A stretch of DNA of 64,000 nt from Rhizaria sp. SCN 62-66 (GCA_001724265.1 MEDY01000014.1:62001-126000), one strand, 5' to 3'. Positions 33,877 to 44,762 are shown, numbered from the stretch's first letter. Notes: generated by a model not told the origin, from the sequence alone. Numbers and translations: made by a program.

Positions 33877-35743
33877 ATGTCGCGCACCAAGAACTCGTGC
33901 GTGACGTTTGAGGACGACCCCGCGCAGTTCCTGGTGCTCATCGTGGACGTCAACCCCTCGGCCTGGGCGGACCCTTCACTCTTACTGCCCGCGCGCTCGC
34001 CCGACGCCGCCCCGCTCCCCATCGGCCCCCACGCGGCCGCAGCCGCCCCCGGCGCAGCCCCCGCGGCCCCCAACTCCGCTGTGGCGGTGCGGCCTGTGCT
34101 GGAAGACGTGTTGGACCAGCTCTCCGCGTTCGTCAACGCCTTTGCGCTGGTGAACCCGCGCAACGAGCTCGCCATCATCGCCACGGACCAGTTTAAGAAC
34201 GCGCTTATCTACCCCGCGCCGCCCACGCTCCCCTCGTCTTCTTCAGTCGACGGCCCCGCATTATCCTCTGATTTCTCTTCCTCCGACAAATCTGCTGCGA
34301 CTGGGACTGCGACTAGGACAAGTGGTGACGACGATGAGAACGTCCCGTTGAGTCTCTGGTCCCACTCGGCCGGCGTCAGCCTCGGCAGCGCCGCCGCCGC
34401 GCTGCGCACCGGCCTCCGCACGCGCGCCGCCGTGTCGGCCCGCAAGCTCGCCCGTCTGGCCGCGCAGGACCCCGCCGCCGCGGAGCAGGCCGCCGCCTCG
34501 GGCTCGTGCGTGGCGGGCGCGTTATCGCAGGCACTTTGCCTCATCGCGCGCGCCAAGCACCGCCTCAGCGGCGCCGCCGATGCCGCAGCCGCGCCCGCCG
34601 CGACCGCGGGAGGCGGGGGCGCTGCTATGGCCGGGGACGGCGGCGGCGCGTACGGGCGCCAGGCGGTGAGTGCGCGTGTGGTCGTGGTGCAGGCCAGCGC
34701 GGACAGGCAGCGCGACTATGTGGGCGTGATGAACGCGCTGTTCGTGGCGCAGCGCCAGGGCGTGCTCGTCGACGCCGTGGCGTTGGGCGGCGTGTCTTCG
34801 CTGTTGTTGCACCAGGCCGCGTACGTGACCAAGTCGCTCTACGCGTCGCTGGCTCTCGCGGCGCCAGTGCTGCCCACTCCGAGCAATCCGACTGCTACTA
34901 ACAGCTCTGGTGCGAGTGCGGGGAGTGGCGGGCTGACGCTGACTCTTGCTAGTAGCAGCAGCACCAACAGCAGCACCAACAGCACTGACAATAGCACTGG
35001 CTCAGTTTCATCAGCCTCGCCAGCAGCAGCGCCGGCGTCCGCACCTGCATCTGCAGCTGCAGCCACTGCCCCTAAGAAGTCCAGGGCCGGAACTAGCGTT
35101 GCCACTGCAGCCGCCGCGGCCGGCACGTCCCCCCTTGCGCTGCTGCAGCATCTGCTAACCGCGCTGTTGGCCCCCGCGCCGCTGCGGCCGCTGCTGCAGA
35201 TCCCGCAGACGGCGACGGCGGACCTGCGTGCGACGTGCTTCTGCCACGCCAAGCCGGTCAAAACGGCCCACGTGTGCCCCGTGTGTCTCGCCGTGTACTG
35301 CGACCCGCGGCCCACGTGCCCCGCCTGCGGCACGCGATTCGCGAGGTACGAATACTGCGACAGCTCTACAACTATGCACTGTTTATAATATATCGCCCTT
35401 ATGTTTGCCTATATTCACAGAACTAAGCGTCCACGTGTTTTGTGGATTTATTGTGCTCTCTTTGTTTTTATTGTGAAACTCTCACATGTGAACGTATATC
35501 TGTGTTGTTGTTGTTGTTTTTTCTCTCTCTCTCTCTCTCTCCCTCTCTCTCTCTCCATATCCATATAGGGCTGCTCGAGTTGGCAAGGCGCTTGCGCCCG
35601 CCAACAAAGCGGCTGCCGGCGCTGTGACAGCGGCAGCGACTGTCACCACGAGTCAGGTGACTCGGCCTGCGCCCGACGGCGGGCACGTGGGCAGCGCCGC
35701 CGTCAAGAGGGCCGCCCCAGTGTCTATCAGTCTCAAGAAGTGA
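33877..35743 (+). CDS. TFB4: TFIIH subunit p34/Tfb4 (exons 33877-35345, 35569-35743)
   Basis: vWA start FLVLIVDVNPSAW, 'FVNAFALVNPRNELAIIA', 'AGALSQALCLI', 'YVGVMNALFVAQR', and C-terminal LRATCFCH...VCPVCLAVYC...CPACG zinc finger. GTACGA...ATAG intron. Confidence 0.93.
35522..35554 (+). repeat. (CT)n microsatellite in the Tfb4 intron polypyrimidine tract
   Basis: tctctctctctctctctctccctctctctctct directly visible. Confidence 0.9.
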
Positions 35744-36350
35744 GCACACAGGTGAGCAGCGTGAACATGTTATCTAGACCTATCACTATAAACCATTTTC
35801 GTCCGAAATACACTTTAAGAAAAGCATCATAAGCTTATGAAGAAAACAATGTTAGATTTTGTTTGAAAAGAGTGTTTGTGGAGTACATGTTGACTATAAT
35901 TGTAATGTAATGTATTAAACGCAACGTGAAAAAAAACGTCGCGAGCGCGCGCGCAGCAGACTGCAAACGGCAGTCTGTCCGGGGCGCGCAGCACTCCCCG
36001 CAACGTGAATAATGTAAATAGGGCTGCCCCGCATAAGCACGGAGCGCCCGTATCCTTCCTCCCGACAGCGACGACCACGCCCGCAAAGTAACCGCCGCCG
36101 CCGCGCGGCAACCTCAGAGTGACTCAAGACACACTGAGCGCCGGGGGCGGGGCGGGGCGAGCGAGACGGACCGCCTCACACTAAAGCTGGGCTCGCGGCT
36201 GCCTCACGAAACGCGTGATAGCCGCGAGTACCAACCAGACGACAACGACGACGACAGCGACGACGCATCAACATATAACTAACGAACGACGACAGGACCT
36301 CTATCGCCAGTTTAAGAAACTGAGTGTTATGGTTATAGTTCTTGATGCAT

Positions 36351-37647
36351 TTACTGGTCAGCGGAGGCGGCCTGAGCCTCGGCGGCGGCAGCACCGGAGA
36401 TAATCTCGATAAGCTCGGAGGTAATCTTGGCCTGACGACGACGGTTGTACTCGAGGGAGATGGCGGAGAGCATCTCAGCGGCGTTCTTGGACGAGGAAGA
36501 CATGGCGTTCATACGGGACGCAATCTCGGCCGCGGTAGACTCAGCGGAGAAGTTAAAGAGACGCACGGCGTTGCGGAACTCCCAGAGGTTCTGGTAAGTC
36601 TCCTCACCACCCTCGAGCTCGAACTTGGTGGTGATGTCGGTGTTGGCGAGCATCACGTCAACGGGGTACACGGTCGCCACGGTGGGGATAGAGGACTGGG
36701 AGTTAACGAACTCGTTGTAGTTGTACTGGACGTTGCCGGCGGGCACGGAGTGGACGATGTCGGAGACCATCGAGACCTGCTTGAAAGACAGGCGCTTGAC
36801 CTTGCCGGTCTCGGAGACGCACTCGGTGAAGAGGTCGGAGAACTCACGCTCGAGAGCGGAGCGGCCCTTGTCGCCAATAGTGACGATGTTGTAGGAGCCG
36901 GCGGCGGCGGCGCGGAAGCGCGGGCGGACCTTGCGGAGGATCTGGGTGTTGACACCACCGCAGAGACCACGGTCAGAGGTCATGACGACGTGGACGGTCT
37001 TGCCGGCGTCGGCGATCTCGGCGGGCTCAGCCCAGGCCTCGGTGATGCCGCGCTTGAACTTGCGCGAGGTCTCGACGAGCTCGGTGGCGGTGCGGAGCTT
37101 GGACGCAGCAACCATCTTCATGGCCTTGGTAATCTTACCAGTGGAGCCAATCGACTTGATACGAGCCTTGACTGTGGTGGGGGTAGAGTAGAAAGGACAG
37201 GGGCAGCACAAAAGGAGGAATGAGTGAAGATTCAGAAAATAATTAAAGAAATATATGAGGTCGGACAAACCGTGGAAGCAAAGCCAGTCGGAATGAATAT
37301 CTTTGACAAGGTAGGAAGTCGTCTCGAAATCAAACGGTAGGACGTACGCTCAGAGAGGGAAGAGCCAGCACGCTGGGGAGCAGTGACGACGCCCTGTAGT
37401 ATGAGAAGAAGCGCAAAAAGAAGGGAGAAGTAAGAGAAAGGTCAGGGCAATACGATCAAGCGACGCGAGTGCTATTGCAGAACTGTGTGGGTGCCCAGAG
37501 GCGCCCGGAGAGACGGTGCCCACCACTTCGGTGAGGGCATCGACTGGGCGACCGAGGACAAACATTTGGGGGCATTTGGAGAAACAGGAAAGGACGACGT
37601 ACGGTGGAGGCAGCAACGCTGCGAACAGCCTTGACACGAGAAAACAT
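36351..37647 (-). CDS. ATP3: Mitochondrial F1 ATP synthase subunit gamma (exons 37647-37603, 37393-37348, 37171-36351)
   Basis: Presequence MFSRVKAVRSVAAST|GVVTAPQRAGSSLSE|LKARIKSI; motifs KITKAMKMVAASK, TSDRGLCGGVN, SRMNAM and YNRRRQAKITSELIEIISGA. Two GTACGT introns. Confidence 0.96.
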
Positions 37648-38309
37648 TGCGAATATAGGCAACAGAATCCGATGTGGACACAACGTTAACAGACCACCTT
37701 TTCGATGCTCACTGCCCCTCGGTCGGTCGCCCGGTCGGAAACTTAAGCCGCGAGACCGAACGAATTCGGTCAGACTTTTTCGACCCCACCACCTCGCCGA
37801 CCACTCACTGCCTGCTTGTATTGTCTTCGGCGCGAAACGATAAAACACTGGGAAGGGCTGTTGTTTCAAACGTGTGGACAGGGACATTTATTAAAGTGCG
37901 TGTTTTTAAAATGTTTAATTAGGAGCGTTCTTGGGTTTTTTTGTCGTCTGGTTTAATTTTCACTCGACAGTGTGTATCCCGAACATCTGGCCCTGAGCGC
38001 AAGCTCGTGCCATCTCAGCCCACCGTTAGACGTTGGTCTTGCTCGCCCGTTGCAAGCGCCTTCCTCGCCTAGATCCTTCCTATATTGACTCTTAACCTGC
38101 AAGTATGATGTATTGATGTATCATGTATACCTGTACGTTCACTACTCCCGAGCTCACGTTTTTTACCCTGACAATATCCTTTCCGCGATGCCTCGACCAA
38201 ACACCACTACCCGACACCAACGTCTTCGCGCCACCCTCTTCGCACGCCCGCCTGCCATGCCATCCACCCTATGCTATCCCACACCGGCCCATACGCATTT
38301 AGACCGCAC

Positions 38310-40052
38310 ATGTCGACGAGTAGCCGTTCTCGCCGCAGCGTTTCCCGCACTCCCGCGGCCCAGCCCGAGGCGCAGCGCCGCCGTGTGGCGAGCGACAACG
38401 CCTCCCCTGCCGCCGCCGCCGCGTCCGCCTCCGCCAAGGTGAGCAGCCATGACGATGACGATGACAATGACGACCACCAGGACCTCGACAACGAGGTTGA
38501 GCTTCTCCTCGCCAACGCCCCCGTCGGCAGCGGCCACAACGCGACCTACACGGTCGACGCCCCGTTCCGTCAGTCTCGCGAGAGTGAGGCCCGCGCTCTC
38601 GACGCGCTCAACAAGCGCCTCGACTACTACATCGTCATTATGCGCGAGCGCGAGAAGATTGTGCTCAACGAGCGCGCCGAGCTCGACAAGCTGCGCCGCG
38701 GCAATGCCGCCGAGATGACCCGTCTCCGCGGCGAGTTTGACGCTAAGCTCCAGGCCATGCGCGCTGAGTATGAGGACCGCGCCGACACGAAGCCGCTCAA
38801 GGCCGAGGTCCAGCGCCTCTACCGCGTGCGCGACGACCTGCAGAAGGACCTCGCGGCCTCCCAGGCGGACATCGAGAGCGCCAACGACCGTCTCCGCGAG
38901 CGCAGCGACCAGCTCAAGGCCGCCCAGGTCGAGGTGTCCCGCCTCAAGGACGAGGCGCGTCTCCTGGGCTCCTCCCTCGGCAAGGAGCAGACTGACAAGG
39001 ACAAGACGTCTTCCCTGCTCGAGGCCGCCCGCGAGCGCGCGACGGAGCTAGCGAAGCAGCTCGCGGAGGAGCAGGCCAACGCGCACGCGCACCAGAAGCG
39101 CGTCGCGGCGCTGACCCGGGACCTTAAGGACCTCCGCGCCGAGTACGACACAAAGTCGCGCGAGCACGCCGAGGCCGAGGCCAGCAAGCTCGAGCGCGAG
39201 CGCGAGCTCCGCGCGTCGTTCGGTGAGCAGCTCAACGGCATGGTGGAGGAGATGCGCGTGCGCTACTCGAACGAGATCGCGCAGCTCAAGTCCGGCGTCG
39301 ACGAGGCGTCGGCGGAGGAGCTCGCCGAGGCCCGCAAGGAGGCCGAGGACCTCCGCGCGCAGCTCGCGGCGGCCAAGAACAAGGAGAAGGCCACCGAGGC
39401 GCTCGTGCTCAAGCTCAAGACCGAGACCACGATGCTCACGGCTAAGGTCGCGACGGCGGAGACCGAGGCCGAGACGTACAAGGCCAACGTGGACGAGCTT
39501 AAGGCGACGCTCGACGACCGCGAGGAGGCGTGCGACAAGCACCGCGCCGCGCTGGGCCGTCTCGAGGTTGAGTACTCCGAGCTTATCGGCGTCAAGATCG
39601 ACATCAACCAGGAAATCAAGCGCTACCGCGCCCTGCTCGAGGAGGAAGAGATCCGTCTCCAGGTCGACAAGGCCGGCGCGGGCCGCCGCGACCTGTTTGC
39701 CGAGTCGAGCCCCAGCACGGCGTACGGCGACAAGACCAACAACATGATCTTCATGTCCGGCAACGTCGCCGACGCCGTGCTGCGCCTCAAGAACGGCCAT
39801 TCCGAGCCCATCGAGCTTAAGGGCTTCGTCGTCAAGTCCAAGACCACCTCGTTCAAGTTCCCCGACACCGTCGTCGAACCCAACAAGATCGTCGCCGTGT
39901 ACTTCGGCAAGGACGCCGCTAAGCGCTCGGCGGGCGACAAGGCCAACGTCGCCTTTGCGGCGCCCAAGCTCTCGTTCGCCAAGAACGACGCTGCTACGCT
40001 CGTCGACAGCTACGGCCGCAACGTCACGCACATCGACATCTACAACAACTAA
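38310..40052 (+). CDS. Lamin-like intermediate filament protein (IF rod plus lamin-tail domain, no CaaX)
   Basis: Coil-1A signature LNKRLDYYI, coil-2 end KIDINQEIKRYRALLEEEEIRL, heptad rod between them, and an LTD-like beta domain (VLRLKNGHSEPIELKGFVV...FKFPDTVVEPNKIVAVY...TLVDSYGRNV). A likely 5'UTR intron lies at 38133-38302. Confidence 0.88.
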   Translation: MSTSSRSRRSVSRTPAAQPEAQRRRVASDNASPAAAAASASAKVSSHDDDDDNDDHQDLDNEVELLLANAPVGSGHNATYTVDAPFRQSRESEARALDALNKRLDYYIVIMREREKIVLNERAELDKLRRGNAAEMTRLRGEFDAKLQAMRAEYEDRADTKPLKAEVQRLYRVRDDLQKDLAASQADIESANDRLRERSDQLKAAQVEVSRLKDEARLLGSSLGKEQTDKDKTSSLLEAARERATELAKQLAEEQANAHAHQKRVAALTRDLKDLRAEYDTKSREHAEAEASKLERERELRASFGEQLNGMVEEMRVRYSNEIAQLKSGVDEASAEELAEARKEAEDLRAQLAAAKNKEKATEALVLKLKTETTMLTAKVATAETEAETYKANVDELKATLDDREEACDKHRAALGRLEVEYSELIGVKIDINQEIKRYRALLEEEEIRLQVDKAGAGRRDLFAESSPSTAYGDKTNNMIFMSGNVADAVLRLKNGHSEPIELKGFVVKSKTTSFKFPDTVVEPNKIVAVYFGKDAAKRSAGDKANVAFAAPKLSFAKNDAATLVDSYGRNVTHIDIYNN

Positions 40053-40565
40053 ACGTGCACATGGCTTGAGAAAGACATGTCCGCACACGAGTCGTGTGTG
40101 ATGAGGTTTGAGTGGGGATGATCCAGTATTTGAGATGAAGAGTGCGCGTTACATACCGATGTTTAAGTTTACATTGCCATAGCACATAGTATCACGGTTA
40201 ACAACAAAAATAACAAAAAGACAACAAAGAATATGATTGATTATTGAAGTCAACAAACAGCGCACCTCGCTGTCGTGGCCGAGAAGGCGCGGCAGACGAC
40301 AGGTCGCTTTCGAATAACAACACAACAATACACTATCGTTACGCAGTTCCAACACAACCAACAACTAACATGTCCAAAAATGGGTTTATGTATGTATTGC
40401 GAGAATATTGCAGTGTTAAGTGTGATTTAACAAAAGTAGGGTTGCACATTTGTTGGTGGGCTTGAAGTATCATTGATCGGTACTCAGTATCAGGAATAAA
40501 ATAGTGTTTGTGAAAAGAAAAAAAACATGAGGTTATACAATAAGTTACACGTGTACGCAGCGTGC

Positions 40566-43500
40566 TTACAGCTTGGCGACGACGCGCACGGTGACCGGCC
40601 CCTGGCTGCTCATGGCAACGGCGCTGCTCTCGCTCACGCCATCACCGCAGGGCAGCACATCGTGCGCGCGCGACACCAGCTGAGGCTGAACACCGTCGGT
40701 GCGCCCGGCGGCCGTGTCGCCCGCAGCGGCGTTGCGGTCGACGTCCTCGGCTGCGACGCAGACGACGAACAGCAGACGGTCCTTCTTAACATCCGTCACG
40801 TGCGTGGTCGAGTCGCCCGCGTCGAGCAGCTCACGCAGCATGAACTGGCCCTTGCCGCTCGCGTGCGCGAACACCACGCCCACCGCCGGCGGCGCCAGCG
40901 CGCTGCTGCCATTCGCGCTCGCACCGTTGCCGCCCTTGGCGGCGTCGGCGGAGTGCGCATTGACGGCGGAGATGAAGCGCAGCAGCGCGCCGGTGGCCGG
41001 GTCGGGGTCGCCGAACAGCACGCGCCGGTCGCGCTCAGACATCGCCACGGCGAAGAACTCAAACAGCGCGGGCAGCGCCGCAGAGCCGGAGCCCGCGGGG
41101 GCGCTGTCCTGCTGGACGGGAACGCCGGCCGTGGCGAACGGCAGGTAAGGCGCGACGCCGAGCGCGGCGCCAGAGAAGAACGCCGCCGCAGCCTCAGAAG
41201 GGCATAGCAGCGCGTCGTCCTCGCCCTCTGGAGTGAGGTCGTCCTCGCCCAGATCCTGCGCCAGCGTGGGGAACGCGGCGGCCACGGGCACGGCGCCGGT
41301 GGAGCGCACGGCCACGCCGAGGTTGCCGCACGCCAGCGCAGGCTTCTTGCCGCTGCCAGCGGTCGCGGCGAGGACCTCAGCCTCGTAGTCGGCCTGCGCG
41401 GCGACGGCGACGCTGAGCTCGGCGCTCTGCGCGCCCAGGACACCGCCCGTGGCGGCGGCCGCGGCAGCGCGCATGATGTTGCTCACAACTAGCATCTCGC
41501 CGCCGCCGTTGCTCTTGCCGCTGGTGCTGCTCGTATGCTCGACACCGGAGGCGCCGGAGAGCGCGGCGGCGGTCTTGACCGTGAGCTTCTCGTGCGGCCC
41601 GAGGCGGCGCGCGGTCGCGGGCGTCGTGGGCGCGCGCGCGCAGGCGCCGTGGAGCGCGCGGCGCACGTCGGCGGCTGCGGCTGTGACGGCGCGGCGCGGG
41701 CCTGTCAGCACGATCACGGTGGGCTTGAGGAAGTTGGAGACCCACATACGCGACAGGGCGTCGACGCGCGGCAACGCATGATGCGGCAAAGCGCGCGGGG
41801 ACGGCAGCGCGCGCGCAAAGATACTCAAACCGGTCGTAGTCACTGCGGTGCTGTTGCTGTTGTTGTTCGAGATAGGGAAGTAGAAGTAGCGGTCGGAGGA
41901 CTGCAGCACCAGCGGCGGCAGCACTTCGGCCAGCACCGCGCGCGCCGCGGCGTTGGACGCCTGCGAGCGCAGCGCGGCGTCGTGTGCAGCGCCTGCGTAG
42001 AGCCGGGTGAAGCGGACTTCTAGGCGCGTGTGCGCGCTGTTAGAAGCAGTGGGCAGCAGGCGGATCGTAGCACGTAGCGCGAACGTCGACAGCATGGGCG
42101 TCACACCAGAGCTCTTCGCCACAGTAAAACCGGTCGCGTTTGCAGCGGCGGCGTCCGCAGCAGCGAGCAGGGCCGTGGCGGCGGCGTGCATGTACACGTG
42201 CTCAACGATTGAGAAACCGACGGAACGCTTCCACGTGTCGAGCTTGCGCAAGTCCGCGGTGTGCGGCGGCGGCTGGGCAAAGGTGAACGCAAGCAGGAAG
42301 CGCAGGTACGACACGCGCAGCAGACGCTGCGTCATGGCGACCTGCGGCGAGCCAGCGGCCTCGCCGGGCAGCGAGAAGCTCGCGGGCAGCGCGGCCGATG
42401 ATAGCAGCGGGAGCAGCGGCCGCGCGCCCGACAGCAACGCGCCGCTCACGGCAACCGTGCCGGCGGCGGTGAACTCCGAGTCAGAGTCGGCGACGGGCGG
42501 CAGGAACGGCGCCGACGCGGGGTACTGCCAGAACGACGGCGGGCGCGCGCGCGCGGCAGCCGTGAACGCAGCCACCGCAATCGGCACCGCGCTGCTGTTG
42601 GCGCTCTTCTTCCCTGTCGCCGTTGCCGTGGACGCCGCGGCAGCAGAGACGGTGCTGGAAAGGACTGCGGCCCACGCGGCAGGGTCTACGGCGGCGGCGT
42701 TGCTGCCGACGAGGTCCTCGAGCGTGCGCGCAGCCCAGCGCGCCTGCGCCGCGGGCTCAGGCGGCGTGATCACCACGGTCGCCGCCAGCTTCTGCAGCGC
42801 GGGCGCGGGCGGGTAGTTTGACGTCATCAGGTTGACGACATTATCGCGGAACTCGGGGTACCGCGACGTGAGCGTGGCGGCCATGCGCGACATGAGCGCG
42901 AAGAGCGCCGTCTGCAGCTCCGGTGCCGGGGGCAGCTCCTCGAGGTGCAGCAGCGCGAGTCCGCCGCGGCCGAGCGCCTGCTCGACGATGCGCTCAATGG
43001 ACCAGTCCGAGATGCCGCGCACCGAGAGCATCGCGGCCAGCGCGGCGGGCGACGTCTGGTTCAGCGGCACGCGCGTCACTTCAACGCGCTTGGCGGGCTC
43101 GAACGCGCGCGAGACGAGGTGGCGCAGCGCGTCGGCCAGCACACGCACAAACGTGCTCTTGCCCGTGCCCGCCGTGCCGTAGAGGAACACGTTAAGCGGG
43201 GAGCGCGGGGTGAAGGACTCTGTCTGCGTCGCGGCGCCGGCTGCCATGTACCCCGCGAGTACGGGGGTCACTTGCGCCACGAGTGCCGGGGACGGGAAGT
43301 ACCGCAGCTGGTGTGTCACGTGCGCCCAAAAAGCGCGCGATAGCAGCGACGTCAGGAGCGCGCGCTGTACGTCGCGGCCAATCTCGCTCCACGCCGCGCT
43401 GTCGCCGCCATTAGCATCATTGGTATTCACGTTCACAACTTCGTCGTCGCCGCAGTAGCCGGAGAGGAGCGCGTACAATGGGCCGTAGCGGTGGCCAGGC

Positions 43501-44762
43501 AGCGCGTCGTCTGAAACCGCGTACGGCGCGCAGAAGAGCGCGCGGCGCGGCGCGATATCCGCATATCCGCCATCCTTCGCGTCCGGGGTGTTGGCAGTGG
43601 CAGTGGCTTCAACAGCGGCGGTCTTCTTTGCGCCCTTCGCACAGTGAGAGGGGGGCTCGACCTCCCAGCGGTCGATGAGCGCCATCGAGTGCAGCACCTC
43701 GCGCCGCGGCAGCAGGAACGACAGCCGCGGCGGGGCGCCGGACCGCGGGTGGCGCACCGACACGACGGCGTCCGTGTACGGGCTAAGAACGACCGTGAGC
43801 GCGCCCTGCCGCGGCGCCAGCTGCAGCCGTGTCGGCAAGATGCCCGTCGCGCGCGCGAAGAGGAACAGGCAGCGGTTCGCCAGCAGGGGCGTGGGGCCGA
43901 GGCCCGTCGTCGCAGAGTCAGCGGCAGCGGCAGCAGCAGCAGCAGCAGCGGTGGAAGCGGCAGACTCAGCGGCGTTGTGCAGTGTGGGTGAGTTGGTGTT
44001 TGCAGGGTGGCCGGCATCGGGGCCAAGGAGAGTGCGCAACGTAGCCAACATGCGTGCGTGCTGCAGCGACAACCACCGCAGTGACGGCAACGCGTCTGCA
44101 GATGTCGCGGTCGCCGCAGCGGGACTTGCACTGATCTTGTTCTTGCTCGAAAGCGCTGCAGAGTATGTCTCGATGGCGGCGGCGACGGTGGGAGAAATCG
44201 TCGCAGGCGCCTCCTGTTGCAGGCGGCGCAACGCGGCAACCGCGGCGGCGGCGTCTGCAGGCAAGGTGGTCCCTGCAATAGGGGGCTCGGCGGCGGCGGC
44301 GCAGTGCGCAGCGTCGAGCGAGCCTGTGAGCAGCGCAGATAGGTAGTCGCGCTCCAGCGGGGCCTGCTCGTGCAGCAGACCCAGCATGGACCAGACCACG
44401 GCGGCGGAGGGAGATGGAAGCGCCATGCGCTGGTTGTCGCGCGTGGGCAGCTTCACGGTCACGCTGAGGAGACCTGTGCCCATGTTGAAGCCCAGCTGTG
44501 CGCGCAGGCCGGCGGATGTGAAAAGCGCCAAGATTTGCCCCGCCGCAGGACTCGACAGCAGACGCGACATATTGCCCGAGGAGGCGAGCTTCAGGCAGCC
44601 ATCAATGTCGACTGTCTCGAATAGCGATGAAGTGGCACCCACTGTGTCTGGATGCGCAGCCAGTGCGCTAAAGAGCTGCTCCCGAACTGCAGCGTAATTG
44701 CGCCGAGTGGTCGGAGACGAGCCCGCCGCGGAAGTCCCGCGAGGTGTATTCGACGCAGACAT
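40566..44762 (-). CDS. Divergent AAA+ / P-loop ATPase domain protein, about 1398 aa
   Basis: Walker A VFLYGTAGTGKST (about 43150-43190), Walker B LLHLEEL, sensor-1-like LMTSNY. Single long ORF, ATG at 44762. Confidence 0.8.
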   Translation of the reverse strand: MSASNTPRGTSAAGSSPTTRRNYAAVREQLFSALAAHPDTVGATSSLFETVDIDGCLKLASSGNMSRLLSSPAAGQILALFTSAGLRAQLGFNMGTGLLSVTVKLPTRDNQRMALPSPSAAVVWSMLGLLHEQAPLERDYLSALLTGSLDAAHCAAAAEPPIAGTTLPADAAAAVAALRRLQQEAPATISPTVAAAIETYSAALSSKNKISASPAAATATSADALPSLRWLSLQHARMLATLRTLLGPDAGHPANTNSPTLHNAAESAASTAAAAAAAAAADSATTGLGPTPLLANRCLFLFARATGILPTRLQLAPRQGALTVVLSPYTDAVVSVRHPRSGAPPRLSFLLPRREVLHSMALIDRWEVEPPSHCAKGAKKTAAVEATATANTPDAKDGGYADIAPRRALFCAPYAVSDDALPGHRYGPLYALLSGYCGDDEVVNVNTNDANGGDSAAWSEIGRDVQRALLTSLLSRAFWAHVTHQLRYFPSPALVAQVTPVLAGYMAAGAATQTESFTPRSPLNVFLYGTAGTGKSTFVRVLADALRHLVSRAFEPAKRVEVTRVPLNQTSPAALAAMLSVRGISDWSIERIVEQALGRGGLALLHLEELPPAPELQTALFALMSRMAATLTSRYPEFRDNVVNLMTSNYPPAPALQKLAATVVITPPEPAAQARWAARTLEDLVGSNAAAVDPAAWAAVLSSTVSAAAASTATATGKKSANSSAVPIAVAAFTAAARARPPSFWQYPASAPFLPPVADSDSEFTAAGTVAVSGALLSGARPLLPLLSSAALPASFSLPGEAAGSPQVAMTQRLLRVSYLRFLLAFTFAQPPPHTADLRKLDTWKRSVGFSIVEHVYMHAAATALLAAADAAAANATGFTVAKSSGVTPMLSTFALRATIRLLPTASNSAHTRLEVRFTRLYAGAAHDAALRSQASNAAARAVLAEVLPPLVLQSSDRYFYFPISNNNSNSTAVTTTGLSIFARALPSPRALPHHALPRVDALSRMWVSNFLKPTVIVLTGPRRAVTAAAADVRRALHGACARAPTTPATARRLGPHEKLTVKTAAALSGASGVEHTSSTSGKSNGGGEMLVVSNIMRAAAAAATGGVLGAQSAELSVAVAAQADYEAEVLAATAGSGKKPALACGNLGVAVRSTGAVPVAAAFPTLAQDLGEDDLTPEGEDDALLCPSEAAAAFFSGAALGVAPYLPFATAGVPVQQDSAPAGSGSAALPALFEFFAVAMSERDRRVLFGDPDPATGALLRFISAVNAHSADAAKGGNGASANGSSALAPPAVGVVFAHASGKGQFMLRELLDAGDSTTHVTDVKKDRLLFVVCVAAEDVDRNAAAGDTAAGRTDGVQPQLVSRAHDVLPCGDGVSESSAVAMSSQGPVTVRVVAKL

